Assembly (NCBI GenBank): GCA_963711835.1
Contig: CAVQFQ010000021.1
Span: forward strand, 64,001-128,000
Reading direction: 5' to 3'
Length of the DNA stretch: 64,000 nt
DNA from: an uncultured delta proteobacterium
Lineage (GTDB): Bacteria; Desulfobacterota; RBG-13-43-22
Part shown: positions 59,521 through 64,000 of the stretch, in pieces
Layout: every line of letters begins with the position of its first letter
How positions within the stretch are numbered: the stretch's first letter is position 1
Translations under genes and position numbers: made by a program
Notes under the pieces: generated by a model
The model's input: only the letters and a program-made list of their open reading frames with translations
Told to the model about the DNA's origin: nothing
Database searches by the model: none

Positions 59521-60879
59521 CTAAAAGGGTTCTTCCTGATCGGAAGCCAGGTTTTCAAAACGGGTGTATTGGTCCTGAAAGGCCAGGGAGACCGAGCCGG
59601 TAGGTCCATTACGGTGTTTGCGGACCAGGATTTCGGCGATACCTTTTTGTTTGGGATTTTCCTCATACATTTCTTCCCGGTAAATAAAACAGACCAGGTC
59701 CGCATCCTGTTCGATGGCTCCGGACTCCCGCAGATCGGCCAGCACCGGCTTCTTATCCTCCCGCCCTTCCGGCCGGCGGTTGAGCTGGGAAAGGGCAATG
59801 ACCGGGAGACGGAGTTCCTTGGCCAGGGCCTTTAGAGACCGAGAGATATCCGATATCTCCTGTTCCCTTCGTTCCATGCCGTCCTTGCCCCGCATCAATT
59901 GCAGGTAATCGACAATCACCAGGCCCAATCCTTTTTCGGCCTTTAAGCGGCGGGACTTGGCCCTCATCTGCAGGACCGTCAGGGAGGGGGAATCGTCGAT
60001 AAAAATCTTGGCGTCCGAGAGGGTTCCGGCCGCCACGGTCAACTTGGACCAATCACGCTCCCCGATCAGCCCGCTCCGCAACTTGTAGGAGTCCACCCGG
60101 GCTTCACTGCAAAGCATGCGCATGGCCAGTTGCTGCCGCGACATTTCCAGGGAGAAGATGACCACCGTAACGTCGTGATCGACCGCGGCATTGCGGGCGA
60201 TGTTGAGGGCAAAGGCCGTCTTTCCCATACTGGGGCGGCCGGCAATAATGATCAGGTCCGAATCCTGGAATCCCGAAATGAGTTTATCCATCTGAGTGTA
60301 GCCGCTGGGCACCCCGATCACCCGGTCTTTGCGTTCGTAGAGTTCCTCGATGGTCCCGAAACTCTCCTTGATGACCTCGCTGATGGGATAGACCAGGGGA
60401 TTGATCTTGGATTCGGAAATTTCAAAAATGGATTTTTCGGCCTCGTCCAGGAGATCCTCGGCATCGCCGGAAAATTGATAGCCTTTGCTGGCAATCTCAG
60501 TGGCCTTGTTGATCAGACGACGTAGAATGGATTTTTCCCGGATGATCCGGGCATAGGTGTCTACATTGACCGCGGAAGGAATGGCATCGGCCAGAGAAGC
60601 CAGATAACCGGCTCCTCCGATCTCATCCAGATGACCTTTGTTATGGAGGGCTTCGGTCAGGGTAACCAGGTCGACCGGGGTTCCCTTCTGGTAGAGTTCT
60701 ATCATGGCGGCGAAGATCCTCCGGTGACTCTCGCGGTAGAAGTCTTCTCCGGACATGACTTCCAGAACACGGGAAAGGGCCTCCGGTTCCAGGAGGATGC
60801 CTCCTAAGACCGACTGCTCGGCCTCTATGTTCTGGGGTGGGATTTTTAAGTTCGCCTCACTGGAGCCCGCCATAACCAC
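59521..60879 (-). CDS. dnaB: Replicative DNA helicase
   Basis: PPQNIEAEQSVLG, GRPSMGKTA, VDYLQL, LSQLNR, DLRESGAIEQDAD, KHRNGPTG. Confidence 0.97.
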   Translation of the reverse strand: MVMAGSSEANLKIPPQNIEAEQSVLGGILLEPEALSRVLEVMSGEDFYRESHRRIFAAMIELYQKGTPVDLVTLTEALHNKGHLDEIGGAGYLASLADAIPSAVNVDTYARIIREKSILRRLINKATEIASKGYQFSGDAEDLLDEAEKSIFEISESKINPLVYPISEVIKESFGTIEELYERKDRVIGVPSGYTQMDKLISGFQDSDLIIIAGRPSMGKTAFALNIARNAAVDHDVTVVIFSLEMSRQQLAMRMLCSEARVDSYKLRSGLIGERDWSKLTVAAGTLSDAKIFIDDSPSLTVLQMRAKSRRLKAEKGLGLVIVDYLQLMRGKDGMERREQEISDISRSLKALAKELRLPVIALSQLNRRPEGREDKKPVLADLRESGAIEQDADLVCFIYREEMYEENPKQKGIAEILVRKHRNGPTGSVSLAFQDQYTRFENLASDQEEPF

Positions 60880-60882
60880 CGT

Positions 60883-61329
60883 CTATTTTTCTTCAACCAC
60901 CTTGATTTTAAGAAGCGAAGCGACCTCGGGATGCAGTTTAACCGGGACCTCGTAGTCGCCTAAAGTCCGAATCGGATCTTTCAGAACGATTTTTTTCCGA
61001 TCCAGGGGAATTCCCTCAAGGGTCAGTTTTTCCATGATATCCTTGGTGGTGACCGACCCGTAGAGCTTTTCTTCTTCCACCACCTTGCGTCTGATTTCCA
61101 GGGTCAGGGCATCGAGGCGCTCCGCCAGTTTCCGGGCGGCTTCGAAATCCTGGGCCTTTCTTTTCAGAAGGATCCGTTTTTGCTCCTCCAATTCCTTCAT
61201 ATGGTTCCGGGTGGCCTCCAGGGCTTTACCCTGGGGGATTAAATAATTTTGACCATACCCCCGGGCGACTTCAACCAGGTCTCCTGTCTTACCCAGGGTA
61301 GGGATATCTTCCTTTAGAATGACTTTCAC
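60883..61329 (-). CDS. rplI: 50S ribosomal protein L9
   Basis: MKVILKEDIPTLGKTGDLVEVARGYGQNYLIP, KLYGSVT, KLHPEV. Confidence 0.97.
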   Translation of the reverse strand: MKVILKEDIPTLGKTGDLVEVARGYGQNYLIPQGKALEATRNHMKELEEQKRILLKRKAQDFEAARKLAERLDALTLEIRRKVVEEEKLYGSVTTKDIMEKLTLEGIPLDRKKIVLKDPIRTLGDYEVPVKLHPEVASLLKIKVVEEK

Positions 61330-61535
61330 CGTTTCGACCTCCTGATTCTTTTAAATTTTCTTTCGGACAGGAAAACTCCTCAAAAGGCTCCTCGCCTTGA
61401 CTCTCGACCCTTGAGGTATCTTATCCGATTTGCCCGGCCAAAGCAAGGGCTCTCCAGTTCCCCTTTAAAGCCAAAAAGGGGGCCTGCCTTAAGCGGGTCC
61501 CCTTCCTTGATCTTGTGATCGCCCAGCCGAAAAAA

Positions 61536-61793
61536 TTAGTGTTGCAGGCCGGTTGCCAGATAAGGCAGCAAAGCAATCTGGCGGGCCCTTTTGATGGCTT
61601 CGGTTAATTCCCGCTGGTGTTTGGCGCAATTCCCGGTGATTCTGCGGGGAATGATCTTCCCCCGTTCACTGGTGAAATGCTTTAAAATCCGGATGTCCTT
61701 GTAATCAATGACCATGGAGCTGTCGGCGCAAAAACGGCAGACCTTTCGGCGGGGGAAAACTCTCTTTTTCCTCTTCTGTTGATGCTGGATCAT
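61536..61793 (-). CDS. rpsR: 30S ribosomal protein S18 (Zn-binding C+ form)
   Basis: [34 protein letters not shown]. Confidence 0.97.
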   Translation of the reverse strand: MIQHQQKRKKRVFPRRKVCRFCADSSMVIDYKDIRILKHFTSERGKIIPRRITGNCAKHQRELTEAIKRARQIALLPYLATGLQH

Positions 61794-61796
61794 GGC

Positions 61797-62225
61797 CTAT
61801 TCACCCTCCTTTTCTATCTCGTTTTCGCCCGCCTCGCTGATGATGATCTTGGCCGGTTCGGGTGCTTCCGCGGATAGCTGGGCTTCCTGAAGGAGTTGTT
61901 CTCGTCTCTTTTCTTCCTCCAGAGACTCGGGGTTGAAGGGATCTTTGGTCTTGATGGTCAGGAATTTCAGGATCTTGTCGTCGATCTTGAGGTTCCGTTC
62001 AATTTCCCGGATCATGTTTCCCGGGCCATAGAAATCAACCAGGATATAGGTTCCCTTGGGCTGCTTTTTGATTTCATAAGCCAGCCGCCGTTTACCCCAA
62101 TCTTCGGTTTTGATCAGGATTCCTTGTTGGGCGGAAATAATCTGGAGGAACTTCTCGGTGACTGCCTTGACCTCTTCCTCGTTCAGGTCGGGATGGATGA
62201 TGAAAATAAGCTCATACCTTTTCAT
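61797..62225 (-). CDS. rpsF: 30S ribosomal protein S6
   Basis: RYELIFIIHP, DWGKRRLAYEIKK. Confidence 0.96.
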   Translation of the reverse strand: MKRYELIFIIHPDLNEEEVKAVTEKFLQIISAQQGILIKTEDWGKRRLAYEIKKQPKGTYILVDFYGPGNMIREIERNLKIDDKILKFLTIKTKDPFNPESLEEEKRREQLLQEAQLSAEAPEPAKIIISEAGENEIEKEGE

Positions 62226-62437
62226 AAGGCCTCCTTCCGGATATTGAAGCCCCCCTTGGGGAGCAAGGAGAAAAAATTTTTATAACTTTTTTCTTCTACA
62301 TTGTCAACAAAAAATAAAAAGTTTTTTTTAGAATTGACTTAACAGACCGTTTTGATTATTATAAGAAGTTGTTACCGGAGGCCAAGATCGACCTGGCGTT
62401 TTTTATCGGACAACAGTTATAGCCGGGAGGGACCACC

Positions 62438-63670
62438 ATGCGCACTCTGAACGAACTGGATATAAAAAATAAGAAGCTCCTGATTCGGGTCGATCTGAAC
62501 GTCCCCCTGGATAAAAATTTAAATATCACCGACGACACCCGCATTCGAGGGGTTCTTCCTTCCATCAATTATGCCCTGGATGAAAATGCCATCATTATTC
62601 TCTGTTCCCACATGGGGCGGCCCAAGGGCAAAGTGGTTCCGGAATTAAGCCTGGCTCCGGTAGCCCGTCGTCTGACCCGATTGCTTCAAAGAAATGTTCC
62701 CCTGGCCCCGGATTGTGTCGGGCCGGAGGTCAAGAAGATGATCCAGGCCCTGAAACCCGGCGATATCATTCTCCTGGAGAATCTTCGTTTTCACCCCGGC
62801 GAGACTAAGAACGACGAGGCCTTCGGGCGGGAACTGGCCGACCTGGCGGATATTTATATTAACGACGCCTTTGCCGTAGCCCACCGGGCCCATGCCTCGG
62901 TGGTGGCCGTGGCCAAGTATGCCAAGGAATGTGCGGCCGGGTTTTTGATGCATGATGAGTTGAAGTTCTTTCACAAGTCCATGGAAGATCCGGCCCGTCC
63001 CCTGGTGGCGGTTATCGGCGGGTCCAAAGTCAGCGGCAAACTGTCCGCCCTGGAAAATCTCTTGAACCATGTGGATAAAATGGTCATCGGCGGAGCCATG
63101 GCCAATACCTTTTTAAAAGGGGTCAATTACGATATCGGGAAATCCCTGGTGGAGGAAGACCTGGTCAGCGTAGCCAATTGCCTGATGCGCAAAGCCAAGG
63201 ATCTGGGCGTCCGATTATATATTCCGGTGGACTGCGTGGTGGCCAACGCCTTCGAGCCTAAGGCCGAAACCAAAATCACCACCGTTCAGGAGGTTCCTCA
63301 GGACTGGTTCATTCTGGATATCGGACCAGCCACCTCGCTGCTCTATTCGGAAGCCCTGCAAAATGCCAAGACCATCATCTGGAACGGCCCCATGGGGGCC
63401 TTTGAGATGGACGCCTTTTCGCGAGGGACCATGGCCATGGTCCAGACCATCGCTAATTCCTACGCCCTGACCATCGTCGGAGGCGGGGATACCGACGTGG
63501 CCGTCCACAAGGCCGGAGAGACCGCCAAGATTTCGTATATCTCCACCGGAGGCGGCGCCTTTTTGGAACTCCTGGAGGGTAACCAGTTACCGGGTGTCCT
63601 GGCCCTGGAGAAACGTTTTGAGAGGCCAGTCAATGAACGCGCCGACTCCTGCCTTCCCAAGAGGCTCTAA
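62438..63670 (+). CDS. pgk: Phosphoglycerate kinase
   Basis: RVDLNVP, SHMGRP, LLENLRF, NDAF..AHRAHAS, WNGPMG.FE, GGGD, ISTGGGA. Confidence 0.97.
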   Translation: MRTLNELDIKNKKLLIRVDLNVPLDKNLNITDDTRIRGVLPSINYALDENAIIILCSHMGRPKGKVVPELSLAPVARRLTRLLQRNVPLAPDCVGPEVKKMIQALKPGDIILLENLRFHPGETKNDEAFGRELADLADIYINDAFAVAHRAHASVVAVAKYAKECAAGFLMHDELKFFHKSMEDPARPLVAVIGGSKVSGKLSALENLLNHVDKMVIGGAMANTFLKGVNYDIGKSLVEEDLVSVANCLMRKAKDLGVRLYIPVDCVVANAFEPKAETKITTVQEVPQDWFILDIGPATSLLYSEALQNAKTIIWNGPMGAFEMDAFSRGTMAMVQTIANSYALTIVGGGDTDVAVHKAGETAKISYISTGGGAFLELLEGNQLPGVLALEKRFERPVNERADSCLPKRL

Positions 63671-63673
63671 ACC

Positions 63674-64000
63674 ATGAACTCCGCCCCACGCCGCCTCTGG
63701 CTCGGTGGAAACTGGAAGATGTTCAAAACCATTCCGGAGGCCATCCGCTTTATCCGAGACCTGAAGGCCGGTCTTCCCCCTTCCCCCACGGCCGAAATTA
63801 TCCTGGCCCCGGCCTTTACCGCCTTGCAGCCCGCAGCCCGGGAACTGGAAGGGTCACCGGTCCTCCTGGCCGCCCAGGATGTCCATTGGGTTGAGGAAGG
63901 CGCCTTTACCGGAGAAATCTCGACCCGGATGCTCCTGGACGCCGGCTGCAGCTATTGTATCGTCGGCCATTCCGAACGACGGCACTGGTTCCATGAGTCG
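63674..64000 (+). CDS. tpiA: Triosephosphate isomerase, runs off window edge
   Basis: GGNWKMFK, AQDVH, GAFTGEIS, IVGHSERR. Confidence 0.95.
   Translation, partial: MNSAPRRLWLGGNWKMFKTIPEAIRFIRDLKAGLPPSPTAEIILAPAFTALQPAARELEGSPVLLAAQDVHWVEEGAFTGEISTRMLLDAGCSYCIVGHSERRHWFHES

Noticed and set aside
61330-61535. Gap between rpsR and rplI, where a DUF2232 gene often sits
   Set aside because: No coding remnant was recognisable; ordinary variation in gene order.

Overview
64-kb window from an anaerobic, selenocysteine-using bacterium; gene content and organisation resemble Desulfobacterota. There are four zones. (1) 1-12.5 kb, C1/folate and redox genes: metV (truncated), Sec-mvhD, hdrL, fhs, nfnAB, folE2, purH-like. 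(2) 12.5-26.4 kb, an accessory island: three type II toxin-antitoxin pairs, a DUF4143 ATPase plus a remnant of it, a broken RAYT-type HUH transposase with a family of ~28-bp terminal motifs scattered around neighbouring cargo, a duplicated promoter plus non-coding leader, and stacks of 7-9-bp tandem repeats separating cassettes. (3) 26.4-42.9 kb: an ABC exporter pair, a cysC/TIGR03032 x2/secreted-protein cluster, spmAB, and a sigma54 module (heme-motif kinase, NtrC-type regulator, archaemetzincin, lipoyl-less Cys-rich GcvH-like protein) bracketed by a 47-bp direct repeat. (4) 43-64 kb: a ~13.5-kb Hdr/MvhD/Fdh operon with five in-frame UGA (Sec) codons and SECIS-like hairpins, then hflX, dnaB, rplI, rpsR, rpsF, pgk and tpiA (truncated). 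Several genes carry single-base frameshifts, mostly in short homopolymers, which may be assembly errors. No rRNA, tRNA or CRISPR array was seen. All calls come from reading the sequence by eye; no database searches were run.
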